Assembly: GCA_963662585.1 (NCBI GenBank) | Contig: OY759729.1 | Span: 576,001-640,000 of the forward strand | DNA: 64,000 nt | Origin: Candidatus Cloacimonadales bacterium | Lineage (GTDB): Bacteria > Cloacimonadota > Cloacimonadia > Cloacimonadales > JAFGVF01 | Reading direction: 5' to 3' | In this document: one piece after another, positions 38,879 through 48,463 of the stretch | Layout: every line of letters starts with the position of its first letter | How positions within the stretch are numbered: position 1 is the first letter of the stretch | The notes under the pieces: generated by a model | The model's input: only the letters and a program-made list of their open reading frames with translations | Databases searched by the model: none | Told to the model about the DNA's origin: nothing | Program-made: the position numbers and the translations under genes

Positions 38879-39847
38879 TTATATTTCATTTTCGCTAATT
38901 ATGATAGATTCATAATTCTCGTCAATATCTTTTTTCAATTTCTCTTTCATATATTGCTGTTTAAAAAATTCATATTGAGATTTTACAATTCTCTGATAAA
39001 GATAGATTACTAAAGGTGAGAAGAAGAAACAAGCTACCAAGAAAAGTAGAATTAATGAAGGGATTGCACTAAGTACATCTACCCTATTAATCATTAAAGG
39101 GAAATTAACTAAAATGTCAGAAGGAATTGCATATCTTGCTTTAACAAAAAATCCTAAGAAAACTTGTTTATATATCAAAGTTGACAAGGTTGTAGTTAAA
39201 AGAGTTATCAAAAATATTTTCACATAATATCTCTTCATCATGACAAATGATTTAGCAAATTTTGAGAGAGCTGTAAATTCTACATCTCCTTCATAAAAAA
39301 GAAGCATCTGTATTCTCAACAAGAAATTGATAGTTGCAGTAAAAAGGATAATCAGTAGATACAAGGGTTCTTTAACTTTATCAATTCCTGAAATGTTATA
39401 AAACATATCTGTCAGGAAATTCATATCCCAATAAGGTAGAAGATAAATTACTGAAAGGGCTATAATCCAAACAACAATATTAATAGTAGTAATGAAGATA
39501 GTAATATTGTCCTTTTCTTGGTCTGGAATCACCGCAATAGCATCTTTTCTTTTTAGAGAATTAATGAATTGCAAATCTAAAGAAACAGATCTATAAATCC
39601 AGAAAGCTGCTATGGCAATTATTATAAGATAGAGAAGAGGGATATTCTCCCATGAATAGGATAGAGTAAAAAAAAAGTTATCAAGTAAACCTCTATCGGC
39701 AACAAAGACGGATAAGTCTTGCGGCTGTAATAAAATCTGGAGCCCATTCCATCCTCCAAAAAAAACAAATTGCATCCAAAATACAATTTTCGAGAGTAAA
39801 AAATCATTATCTATCTTATTCGAACTATCTTTGGTACTATTAAGCAA
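38879..39847 (-). CDS. Hypothetical multi-pass membrane protein
   Basis: 322-aa ORF with about 6 hydrophobic segments; GGAG RBS before a TTG start. Confidence 0.7.
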   Translation of the reverse strand: MLNSTKDSSNKIDNDFLLSKIVFWMQFVFFGGWNGLQILLQPQDLSVFVADRGLLDNFFFTLSYSWENIPLLYLIIIAIAAFWIYRSVSLDLQFINSLKRKDAIAVIPDQEKDNITIFITTINIVVWIIALSVIYLLPYWDMNFLTDMFYNISGIDKVKEPLYLLIILFTATINFLLRIQMLLFYEGDVEFTALSKFAKSFVMMKRYYVKIFLITLLTTTLSTLIYKQVFLGFFVKARYAIPSDILVNFPLMINRVDVLSAIPSLILLFLVACFFFSPLVIYLYQRIVKSQYEFFKQQYMKEKLKKDIDENYESIIISENEI

Positions 39848-39981
39848 GTATCAACTCCTTTATCACTTTATGCTAAGTTATAGTTGATAGAAAGTTTGTC
39901 AATTCAAAATTGATTTTTTTTTATTATTGACAGCTTAGTTCAAGTTTGCTTAAATAGAATTAATATAAAAAAGGAGATTTT

Positions 39982-40827
39982 ATGGAAAGAACGGGATTCC
40001 AGAAAGTAGGTATCTATGTTGATGTTGCTAACATTGCCCAAAATGGTGGCTACGGAATAGCTTACGATGTATTACGAGAGTTTGCCTGTCGTAACCATGG
40101 AACAGCTGTCCGCTTAAATGCCTACCTAGCTTATGATGAAGAAAGAGCAAAGAGTGATGCTGAATATAGAAGACACTCTCTTAATTTTCATGCAAACTTA
40201 AGAGATTATGGTTATAAAGTCATTGTTAAAGCTGTTAGGTTTTTCTTTGATGAATTAGGTCATCGTTATGCTAAGGCCAACGCTGATCTAGATTTAGCAG
40301 TAGATGCATTACTTCAATCTAATCATTTAGATTATGTATTATTAGTTACTGGTGATGGAGACTTTTTACAGGTGATAAGAGCCTTGCAAAATAAAGGATG
40401 TCGTGTGGATGTCTTAGGTTTTAAAAATGTCTCATATTTAATTAAAAATGAAGCAGATATTTTTGTCTCAGGATTTTTGGTTCCTGATTTGCTCCCAGTG
40501 CAAGATGAATATGGTGTTCCTCTTAATAAAGAACCTTGGGGGACTGTTGGCTCTTATGTAAGAGGTGTGTGTTATACATATAATAAAGAAAAGAACTTCG
40601 GATTTTTCCGAGTACTAGATTCAATTAATGAAGGCTTATGGATTACTGATTCCCGTAAGGAAAATTCACCTTATAAATCAATATTCTTCCATAGTTCCAA
40701 TTTACCAGAAGGGGTGGACATCGTACTTCCTAACCGCAATCAAATATTTGAATTTAAATTAGCTCCAGGAGATAAAGGTTTCCAAGCTGTAGATATTAGA
40801 GTTGGATATAAATATAGTTTTAAATAA
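39982..40827 (+). CDS. NYN (LabA/DUF88 PIN-like) domain protein with C-terminal cold-shock/OB-like domain
   Basis: YVDVAN, DLDLAVD, TGDGDF and EADIF; C-terminal YNKEKNFGFF...IFFH...VEF-like OB motif. Confidence 0.85.
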   Translation: MERTGFQKVGIYVDVANIAQNGGYGIAYDVLREFACRNHGTAVRLNAYLAYDEERAKSDAEYRRHSLNFHANLRDYGYKVIVKAVRFFFDELGHRYAKANADLDLAVDALLQSNHLDYVLLVTGDGDFLQVIRALQNKGCRVDVLGFKNVSYLIKNEADIFVSGFLVPDLLPVQDEYGVPLNKEPWGTVGSYVRGVCYTYNKEKNFGFFRVLDSINEGLWITDSRKENSPYKSIFFHSSNLPEGVDIVLPNRNQIFEFKLAPGDKGFQAVDIRVGYKYSFK

Positions 40828-40864
40828 AATATTAAAAAAAAAGTTGTTTATTAAAAGACATTAA

Positions 40865-40889
40865 AAAGGGCGTATTAGTTACGCCCTTT
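40865..40889. terminator. Bidirectional terminator between convergent genes
   Basis: AAAGGGCGTA-ttagt-TACGCCCTTT. Confidence 0.8.
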
Positions 40890-40911
40890 AATATTATTTA
40901 TGATAACTAAT

Positions 40912-42468
40912 TTAATCTTCAATATAAGCTATCACACGATAGAAGTATTTTTCATAATTAAGGGCATAGTAATGAGTATAAGATGTGCCACTTGTAATAG
41001 TCTGAAGTACTCCACTCAAGAAATTAGGATCTCTACTCATGTCTATTCGATACTTAACATTAGATTCAGAAATATTTACTCCATTTACATCTAAGGTAAC
41101 AGGTAGCCAACTTATACGAGAATTATTCCAATTTCTTTGGATTGTTATTTGATCTGGTGGTAATGGATTTGAGTAAGCAATAGTTGGAGATGGTACAGTA
41201 AAGTAGTAAGTTTGTGATGCTGTCCCATTGTCATTGTTAGTAGTACCTTGACCACTACTAAGTACAGTATTATCATTGAGTTTTACTGTCCAAGTATTTT
41301 CTAATCCATATCCATCATTTTCATGATAAGTATAACTGTAATCCCCAGGAGCTAAATAATATGTTTTAATTCCTGTAAAACCAGAATTTAATGTTATTGT
41401 AGCACCTTTAAATGCTAGATAATTTATCCCATTGTTAGTTTTCCAACCATCGCCATAAGCATCTGACATATTAAAACTAACCTCAATATCACCATTATTA
41501 ACATTGTCCGGATATACTACAGAAACACCATAGTGAGTCATCCCGTAATATGTTCCCGCCCATGTCATTGTATCTGTTGAATAGTCCCAAGTGTTTTTTA
41601 TATAAATTGTTTGGTCAGAGGAGTTATAACCAAAAGCAACCATAGAATGTCCGGTAACATGAATCATCACAGGGCGGTTAGCATCAATTTCTGCCATAAA
41701 TTGCTCGAAAGTAAAGCCTAATGTGTTTCCTTCATAACCGAATATCTTCTGATTATAACAAGTTGTTACCTCATATCCACGAGATTCTATAAACTGGCGA
41801 AAACCAAAAGCACCGTCCTTTTGAGGAGTTTCACTGCTTTCACCCCAGGAAACATTATAGAGAGGAATACCTGCTGAATTAGTCCAAAAAGTAGTCATTC
41901 CGTCACTATTATTCCAATAAGATTGACTTGTACCCATAAAATCACCAGTACAATCTGCATATGTATGTTGAGTCCAGCCTCCTGTAACATAGGGGTCTGG
42001 GTTAGTAGATTCAGATTCAATCCAATAATCATCAACATGTCCATAAGAAACAAGACCGTCTATACCCTGATGTGTAGCACTTAGAGGACATTCCCCTTCT
42101 CCCCAAATCGAATTATTTAATGGCATTACCCCACCATTTGCAGGACCAGTGTACATGTTAGGAAAACTATTTCTATCATAATAGGCTGCAATCATAGCAG
42201 CTGAAGTTGCTGAACAACCATAGCTCCAATCAAAAGCTGGCATATCTTCGATTATAACAACATTCCGCTGATTTTTGAGAGTTTGAATATCAACAATATC
42301 TTTTCTTACATAATCTTTAGGTGGTCTTCCTCCAGGAACTTGTATAAGTTCATTTAAAGAGCCATCTTCAGCTATAATACTATCTACTACATACTCTTCT
42401 AATGAACCAAGAGCCAACATATTAACTAAAAGTATTGAAATAATAACTAATAACAAATATCTTTTCAT
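40912..42468 (-). CDS. Secreted cysteine peptidase-like protein (C39/C10-like)
   Basis: Signal peptide; WSYGCSATSAAM (Cys), EIDANRPV..GHSMVAFGY (His) and NTWD; FN3-like C-terminal domain. Confidence 0.72.
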   Translation of the reverse strand: MKRYLLLVIISILLVNMLALGSLEEYVVDSIIAEDGSLNELIQVPGGRPPKDYVRKDIVDIQTLKNQRNVVIIEDMPAFDWSYGCSATSAAMIAAYYDRNSFPNMYTGPANGGVMPLNNSIWGEGECPLSATHQGIDGLVSYGHVDDYWIESESTNPDPYVTGGWTQHTYADCTGDFMGTSQSYWNNSDGMTTFWTNSAGIPLYNVSWGESSETPQKDGAFGFRQFIESRGYEVTTCYNQKIFGYEGNTLGFTFEQFMAEIDANRPVMIHVTGHSMVAFGYNSSDQTIYIKNTWDYSTDTMTWAGTYYGMTHYGVSVVYPDNVNNGDIEVSFNMSDAYGDGWKTNNGINYLAFKGATITLNSGFTGIKTYYLAPGDYSYTYHENDGYGLENTWTVKLNDNTVLSSGQGTTNNDNGTASQTYYFTVPSPTIAYSNPLPPDQITIQRNWNNSRISWLPVTLDVNGVNISESNVKYRIDMSRDPNFLSGVLQTITSGTSYTHYYALNYEKYFYRVIAYIED

Positions 42469-42589
42469 AAATATCTCCTATTACTTGACCTTTTTTATTT
42501 TTGTAAATCATAATTACTATTATAAAAAAAATGTGTCAATATAAATTCGTAAATGAAACTTCCTTTTTTCAACAAGAATAAAAAAAATA

Positions 42590-42619
42590 TGCAGGGTTTT
42601 GAAATATCATCAGTCTTAA
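42590..42619 (+). promoter_or_regulatory. Putative ECF-sigma promoter TGCAGG-N16-AGTCTTAA
   Basis: Matches 28626-28655 (minus strand) in both boxes and spacing; about 43 nt upstream of the ATG. Confidence 0.55.
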
Positions 42620-42662
42620 AGAGTGAATAAAGAAAATGATAACTTAACAAAAGGAGATAAAA

Positions 42663-43202
42663 ATGTTAAAGAAATCAATGTTAGTGTTAGCCATTATGGC
42701 ATTGTTAGTAGGAACTTTATTAGCTCAACCAATGAAGGTTGAAGGAAATGATGATTTAGGATATGGAAGAAACGGTATGATGAACTGGAATCATAAAATG
42801 ATGGGAGATAACAATCATCATAGAGCTTCCAGAGGTATGGGAATGGGAATGAATAATCATAAAGGTAACCATAAAATGATGAATATGGAACCAGGTAGAA
42901 TGATTCTTGCTATGTCAGAAGAATTAGAATTATCTGAAACTCAAATTGAAAACATTAAAGAGATACAAGTTAATTTCAAGAAGGCTTCTAACACCAAACA
43001 AGCTGAAATTGAGAATCTTCAAATCGACAAACGCGAGGCTATGCAAAATAAAGATTTTAAAACAGCTACTAAAGTAACAAAAAATCTCTTCAAAATCAAA
43101 GAAGAATTAGCTTTATCTAGAGTTTCAGCAATTGAAAACATCTATAGTAAGTTAACTGAAAGCCAAAAAGATTTACTAGAAACTAATTGTAAAATGAAAT
43201 AA
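42663..43202 (+). CDS. Spy/CpxP-family periplasmic protein
   Basis: Signal peptide, Met/His/Gly-rich linker, LELSETQ and LTESQK (LTxxQ) motifs. Confidence 0.8.
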   Translation: MLKKSMLVLAIMALLVGTLLAQPMKVEGNDDLGYGRNGMMNWNHKMMGDNNHHRASRGMGMGMNNHKGNHKMMNMEPGRMILAMSEELELSETQIENIKEIQVNFKKASNTKQAEIENLQIDKREAMQNKDFKTATKVTKNLFKIKEELALSRVSAIENIYSKLTESQKDLLETNCKMK

Positions 43203-43227
43203 ATATTTGAAACTACTCTCTCCAAAC

Positions 43228-43263
43228 AAAAAGAGGAATAACTTCGGTTGTTTCTCTTTTTTT
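43228..43263. terminator. Bidirectional terminator
   Basis: AAAAAGAGGAATAAC-TTCG-GTTGTTTCTCTTTTT. Confidence 0.8.
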
Positions 43264-43297
43264 TATTAAAATGCTAATTAACGGATAGCAAAATACT

Positions 43298-44215
43298 TTA
43301 CTTTCCTTGGATTATCTCATCAATAACCCTCAAGAGATCTATTTCCTGTTGTTGTTTTTTTTCCACACTTCCTAACAATTGCAAGGGATTAACTAAATCT
43401 CTTAACCTACTAAGTAAGTACCAATTACTTGGCAATTTTCTACTTGCAAATGAATTATATGTTTCAACAAAAAGCTCTTTATCTTTCTCATTAAAACATT
43501 CCTGATACCTAAAGAATTGACCAATATCGGCAAGGGAATGTCCTTTGGTAGAATATTCCCAATCAACAATATAAATATCGTAAGTAGGGGTAATAATCAT
43601 ATTGGCAGGTCTAAAATCTGAGTGAATAAAACTGTTATAACTTGAGATTTGCTCAAACAAATGTCTATTTCTCTTTATGAATTTCCTGACATTATTTTCT
43701 CTTTCAATTCCTAGAATATTAAGAGTCTTTTTATTGCTAAGAAAATAGTCATACCACATTTCAAAAGGAGGTAAATCCATTTCTATTATAGAATTAAAAT
43801 TCTCAGGAGTAATAGAGTGAATCTTTGCTAAGCTTTCGGCTATTTTGCTGATTTCATTATTATTTATTTTACTTGAATTTAGGTGTTGAGAAAAATTAAT
43901 ACCTTCAATAAATTCATATATAAGGAAATATCTATTCTCTCTTTTTTTATAAGCTATGATTTTCGGAGAATTTATTAGTTTGGAGAGTTGCTTATTCAGT
44001 AGGAGTTCGTTTTGCATTAGAGCAGAATCATCAGTAGTAATTCTTAATAAGTATTTTCCCTGTCTTGTTAAAATTTCATAATTACTGTTTCTACAGCCTA
44101 TGGTGATTAATTTTAGTTCTAATATTTCCTTTCGTTTCCATTCAGGATAGATATCGAGAAAGTCACTTTTTGTAATTTGATAATAAGGATAAGAGCGTTC
44201 CCAGTTTAAATCCAT
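43298..44215 (-). CDS. Aminoglycoside phosphotransferase/choline kinase-like protein
   Basis: Brenner motif HSDFRPANM, IVDWE and DIGQFFR. Confidence 0.85.
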   Translation of the reverse strand: MDLNWERSYPYYQITKSDFLDIYPEWKRKEILELKLITIGCRNSNYEILTRQGKYLLRITTDDSALMQNELLLNKQLSKLINSPKIIAYKKRENRYFLIYEFIEGINFSQHLNSSKINNNEISKIAESLAKIHSITPENFNSIIEMDLPPFEMWYDYFLSNKKTLNILGIERENNVRKFIKRNRHLFEQISSYNSFIHSDFRPANMIITPTYDIYIVDWEYSTKGHSLADIGQFFRYQECFNEKDKELFVETYNSFASRKLPSNWYLLSRLRDLVNPLQLLGSVEKKQQQEIDLLRVIDEIIQGK

Positions 44216-44234
44216 ATTTCCTACCTAATAAGTT

Positions 44235-44260
44235 AAAAGGCTGAGTTTCCCCAGCCCTTT
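44235..44260 (-). terminator. Probable terminator after pckA
   Basis: AAAAGGCTG...CAGCCCTTT hairpin. Confidence 0.6.
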
Positions 44261-44279
44261 ATTACTTTTAATTAATAAT

Positions 44280-46010
44280 TTATAAATGAACTTTTAGTGA
44301 TTTAAGCAAATCGGCTAATAGTTCTGACTTTGTATTAACATCTGATTTACGAATAAAGTCTATTCTTTGTTTGAATCTATCAGCAACAATTGATTTATAC
44401 TGTTCTATATTTTCTCTTTTTGCTGGATCATATCTATCATAATATCCAGGAAGGATTTTTTCAATAGATTCTCTAGTAGGAATTTGAGCACCATTAAGCA
44501 ATGGCCAATCTTCCCATTCGATTTGATCCATAAGAATTCCTGATTGAAGAGTTAAAGAAGTTGCTAAAGGTATCTTTTCTAAATCATCATCAGAAGATTT
44601 CCAGTAACCTATAGAGTTAAAGCAATAAACATCAGCTCCACCTTCAATAACATTGATAAAGGCTTTTACATCTTTCCATAATTCGTAAACACGGAAAGGA
44701 TTAGCAAATGGTTCAAAGACTAATTTATGCAATTCCTCTTCAGTAACATTTTCAGCTCTATTTCTCTTTGTCATGAGAGCAGTTCCCATCGAGACAGCAA
44801 GATGCTTATTAGTAAATCTAATTACTGGAGGAAGGATAGTATCTTTCATTAACCAAGCCAAAGCTTTAGGGAAGCTACATCTATTAACCCACTCGCCTAA
44901 TAAATCTCTATCAAAGAGTGCTCTTCCATTAGAATTTCTTAAATCTAAGCCAACTGGAGTTCTAACACCATCTATATCAATTATAGCATGATTCATAAGA
45001 GATAGGCAATACTTCCAATCTCGGTGATTAGGTTTTCTACTATCTGTTTTATCAAATAGACTTGGTTCCCAGACACGGCAAAGCTGTTCTTCAACATCAA
45101 TTTGGAAAGCATCATCATGTAGAACAACTTTTCCAAAACCCTTAGGAAGAGTTTCACAATTATCTTCACTATTAGTGTGAGAAGATTTACCTGTTCCTGA
45201 TAAGCCATAAAAAGCTATTGATCTCTTACCTAATTTATGATATTTATTATCTTCGCAGGTTGTGAAATCAATCTCTTTGATACCGCCATGACAAGCAGCC
45301 ATTCCTAAGCGCATACCAGAGGTCCAAGCCAAGGTTAAGGTGCCTTTTTTTCTCTCTCCAAAGTACTTCATACCAAAATTAAAGATAACATTCTCTTTTT
45401 CATCAACTAAAGCTAATTGGGGAGCACCCACATTATGATAGTAAGGATCGTTACTTTTCCAATCATTATAAGCAATAATAATAATGTCTTGAATAGGAAG
45501 TTCTTTACTTACTTTGTACTCTTTTTCTAAACATTCATAAGGTGTGAAGTTAGTTAACCAGTTAAACATATTGGCCGCGTCAGACTCAGTAGTAACATAG
45601 GTAGCTTTTATCATTAGATCTTTATCTAACCCGATGATAGCTTCACCCTTAATTAAGGTCTGTTGTTGCATATCAAAAATAGCTTCTCGTAAATCGCCTT
45701 CTACCTTGTTTCTTTCTGGTACATCTAATCTATGATAGAACTTTCTTGCTTTCGCAGTTCTACCGATTATTTTACCATGACAATCATTAAGAATTTTTGC
45801 GTGTTTAGGTAAACCGACCTTTTCCGCATATTCTTCGTAAATCAAGAAATCTGTTTCTGATACTCCAGGTTGCTTTATTGCTAATTCGTAAGCTTCAGCA
45901 ATAGTTACTTTTTTAACTTTTGAGTTATTAACCACAGTTTCAGCAAGAGCTCTAATTTTAGACATATCTTGCAAATTACTGTAATACTTCGCACTAGGTT
46001 TGCTAGCCAT
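44280..46010 (-). CDS. pckA: Phosphoenolpyruvate carboxykinase (ATP), divergent type
   Basis: YFGERKKG, CHGG, GLSGTGKS P-loop, LHDD, NSNGR and PFANPFR motifs. Confidence 0.85.
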   Translation of the reverse strand: MASKPSAKYYSNLQDMSKIRALAETVVNNSKVKKVTIAEAYELAIKQPGVSETDFLIYEEYAEKVGLPKHAKILNDCHGKIIGRTAKARKFYHRLDVPERNKVEGDLREAIFDMQQQTLIKGEAIIGLDKDLMIKATYVTTESDAANMFNWLTNFTPYECLEKEYKVSKELPIQDIIIIAYNDWKSNDPYYHNVGAPQLALVDEKENVIFNFGMKYFGERKKGTLTLAWTSGMRLGMAACHGGIKEIDFTTCEDNKYHKLGKRSIAFYGLSGTGKSSHTNSEDNCETLPKGFGKVVLHDDAFQIDVEEQLCRVWEPSLFDKTDSRKPNHRDWKYCLSLMNHAIIDIDGVRTPVGLDLRNSNGRALFDRDLLGEWVNRCSFPKALAWLMKDTILPPVIRFTNKHLAVSMGTALMTKRNRAENVTEEELHKLVFEPFANPFRVYELWKDVKAFINVIEGGADVYCFNSIGYWKSSDDDLEKIPLATSLTLQSGILMDQIEWEDWPLLNGAQIPTRESIEKILPGYYDRYDPAKRENIEQYKSIVADRFKQRIDFIRKSDVNTKSELLADLLKSLKVHL

Positions 46011-46285
46011 TGTTCCTCCCGAACTCTATTTAATTCTATTTTATTTCTTAAAGTAATATTTTATAAAATTAATCACAGGAGGCATTAAAAGCTTTTACAA
46101 AGGACTTGTCAAGCTTACAGAAAATTAAACTTAAAAATTAGCTTCTAATTAATTATTTAACAGTACATTAACAATTTTCTTATCCCAAGCTGTTTTTTTG
46201 AAAATCGTTAAAAGTTATGTTTTTTGCAAAAAAAAGAGGCCTACTTTTCTAAAAAAGTTAGACCTCGAAATAATGACTTATTATT

Positions 46286-46540
46286 TTATGCAGGAACTAT
46301 GTTAATATATTTTCTGCCATTCTTTTTTGTAACAAATTGAACTTTACCTTCAGTAACAGCAAAGATAGTATGATCTTTACCAATACCTGTTCCATTACCA
46401 GGATGGAATTTTGTTCCTCTTTGTCTAACAATAATATTTCCTGAAATTACAAATTCATTTCCATATTTTTTGACACCGAGATATTGAGGACCACTATCTC
46501 TTCCGTTTCTACTAGATCCACCAGCTTTCTTATGAGCCAT
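46286..46540 (-). CDS. rpmA: 50S ribosomal protein L27
   Basis: [16 protein letters not shown]...[22 protein letters not shown]. Confidence 0.99.
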   Translation of the reverse strand: MAHKKAGGSSRNGRDSGPQYLGVKKYGNEFVISGNIIVRQRGTKFHPGNGTGIGKDHTIFAVTEGKVQFVTKKNGRKYINIVPA

Positions 46541-46549
46541 TTGTTCCTC

Positions 46550-46864
46550 CTATCTTTTAATCTCTTGAATTTTGATTTCGGTGAAATTTTGTCTATGGCC
46601 ATTTTTCTTTTTATAACCTTGTCTTCTTTTCTTTTTGAAGACGATTATTTTCTTATCTTTTTTATGACCTATAATTTCTGCAGTCACTACTGCACCATTA
46701 ACATTTGGTGTACCAAATGTAATATCATTCTCATCCCTAAGGACAAGTACTTCGTCTATGCTAACTATATCGCCAGCATTTTGATCAGCAAGGTAAGGCA
46801 CTTTTACGATAGCATCTTTTTCAACCTTAAACTGATATCCTTTAAAATGAACTATTGCGTACAT
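46550..46864 (-). CDS. rplU: 50S ribosomal protein L21
   Basis: MYAIV..G.QFKV...KIIVFKKKRR..YKKKNGHRQ.FT. Confidence 0.99.
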   Translation of the reverse strand: MYAIVHFKGYQFKVEKDAIVKVPYLADQNAGDIVSIDEVLVLRDENDITFGTPNVNGAVVTAEIIGHKKDKKIIVFKKKRRQGYKKKNGHRQNFTEIKIQEIKR

Positions 46865-46927
46865 TTTTTCTCCTTTATTTATTATAAAATAAGTTCTTTT
46901 ACTATAAATTTATTTCTTAAAATCTTG

Positions 46928-48433
46928 TCAAGCACTATATTGATCTGTAATATCTTCTTTATCTTTTCCTTTATATACTCGGAAATCATGACGGTGCAGT
47001 TTGTCATTACTCACAAACTCTACCTTGAATTTATAATTTGAATAAATATAGTCAGGATGATCTAAAATAAAAGCTCTTATATCAGGATGAACTTCTACTC
47101 TTATCTGATCTTCTTTAATAAAATATTCTGCTCTATTTAACCAACGACTGATATTTACTAATACAGCGTCACAAGAAAGAATTCTTCCAGTACCAAAGCA
47201 ATAAGGACATGATTCTGAGTAGGAAGATATGATAGATGGACGAATTCTTTTACGAGTAATTTGAACTAATCCTAATGGTCCAAATGGGTAAGCTTTATTT
47301 CTTGCTCTATCTTTCTTTAATTCTCGTCTGAGAACATCTAAGACTTCTTCCCTACTCCTATCATCGCTCATATCTATAAAATCGATAATAATAATACCTG
47401 ATAAATCACGAAGCCTGATTTGTCTTGCAACTTCTTTGGCAGCCTCTTTATTAGTTTTAGTTATCGTATCTTCATATTTAGATTTTCCTGTGAAAGAACC
47501 GGTATTTACATCAATAGCAACCAGAGCTTCAGTTTGATCAATCTGAATATTTCCTCCGCTAGGGAGATAAGATTTTGAGTTAAAAATTGATTTAATCTTC
47601 TTTTCTATTCCAAAGGCATCAAAGATTGGAGTATCTTCGTTATACCACTCAATTCGACTGATTAAATCAGGAGCAATATCTGATATTTCACTTTTAATCT
47701 CTTTTAAGAAGTCAATATCATCAATAACCACTCTACTGACATCATCTCGAAAGAGATCGCGAATAAGAGTATTTTGAATTTTATTTTCATCAAAGATACA
47801 GACAGGAGGCTTAGAGTATTTAATCTGCTTATCAATAACTCTCCAACTCTTAGTCAAAGCTTTATATTCTGCTGTAAGTTCTTCATCAGTGCAACCTTCA
47901 GCCTCTGTTCTAACGATTAGTCCATGATCTTTCTCTTTCAAATCATAGAGAAAAGTTTTTAATCTCTTTTTCTCTTTGAATGATTGAATTTTTCTTGATA
48001 CTGATATTTTTGATTTATTGGGAAAGAAAACTAAGAACTTTCCAGGAATAGATATCTGTCCTGTCAAACGAGCACCTTTTTTATTAATAGGTCCTTTTTG
48101 AACTTGAACAATAATCTCCTGTCCAGAATGAAGATATTTTCCAATTTTAGATGAATCATTAGATTTATTGGTAACTTTCCCGTCACCTTCCACTTCATCT
48201 AAATAGTCTACAATTATATCACTATAATGCAAGAAAGCTGTTCTTTCTAAACCTAGATCAATAAAAGCGGCTCCCATACCAGGAAGTACATCTTTAACAA
48301 TTCCTTTGTAGATATTACCTACAATATTGGAGGTGTTAGGTTTCTCAACAATAAACTCTAAAAGTTTACCATTTTCTAATACTGCTATCCTTTTTTCTAA
48401 AGGAGTAACATTTGCTACTATTTCTAAATTCAT
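46928..48433 (-). CDS. rng: Rne/Rng family ribonuclease (RNase G-sized)
   Basis: S1 domain GNIYKG.V..VLPGMGAAFID, DQTEALVAIDVNTG, RQIRLRDLSGIIIIDFIDM and CPYC.GTG. Confidence 0.92.
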   Translation of the reverse strand: MNLEIVANVTPLEKRIAVLENGKLLEFIVEKPNTSNIVGNIYKGIVKDVLPGMGAAFIDLGLERTAFLHYSDIIVDYLDEVEGDGKVTNKSNDSSKIGKYLHSGQEIIVQVQKGPINKKGARLTGQISIPGKFLVFFPNKSKISVSRKIQSFKEKKRLKTFLYDLKEKDHGLIVRTEAEGCTDEELTAEYKALTKSWRVIDKQIKYSKPPVCIFDENKIQNTLIRDLFRDDVSRVVIDDIDFLKEIKSEISDIAPDLISRIEWYNEDTPIFDAFGIEKKIKSIFNSKSYLPSGGNIQIDQTEALVAIDVNTGSFTGKSKYEDTITKTNKEAAKEVARQIRLRDLSGIIIIDFIDMSDDRSREEVLDVLRRELKKDRARNKAYPFGPLGLVQITRKRIRPSIISSYSESCPYCFGTGRILSCDAVLVNISRWLNRAEYFIKEDQIRVEVHPDIRAFILDHPDYIYSNYKFKVEFVSNDKLHRHDFRVYKGKDKEDITDQYSA

Positions 48434-48463
48434 TGCAATCCTTTACACAGAATTACATCTCGA

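Noticed and set aside
46484..47041. 185-aa plus-strand ORF
   Set aside because: Antisense shadow of rplU/rpmA/rng; the other antisense or nested ORFs (3445, 6538, 22463, 25357, 28155, 31077, 31228, 32443, 39622, 40900, 44773, 44993, 48327, 49116, 52330, 55375, 59806, 62672) are rejected for the same reason
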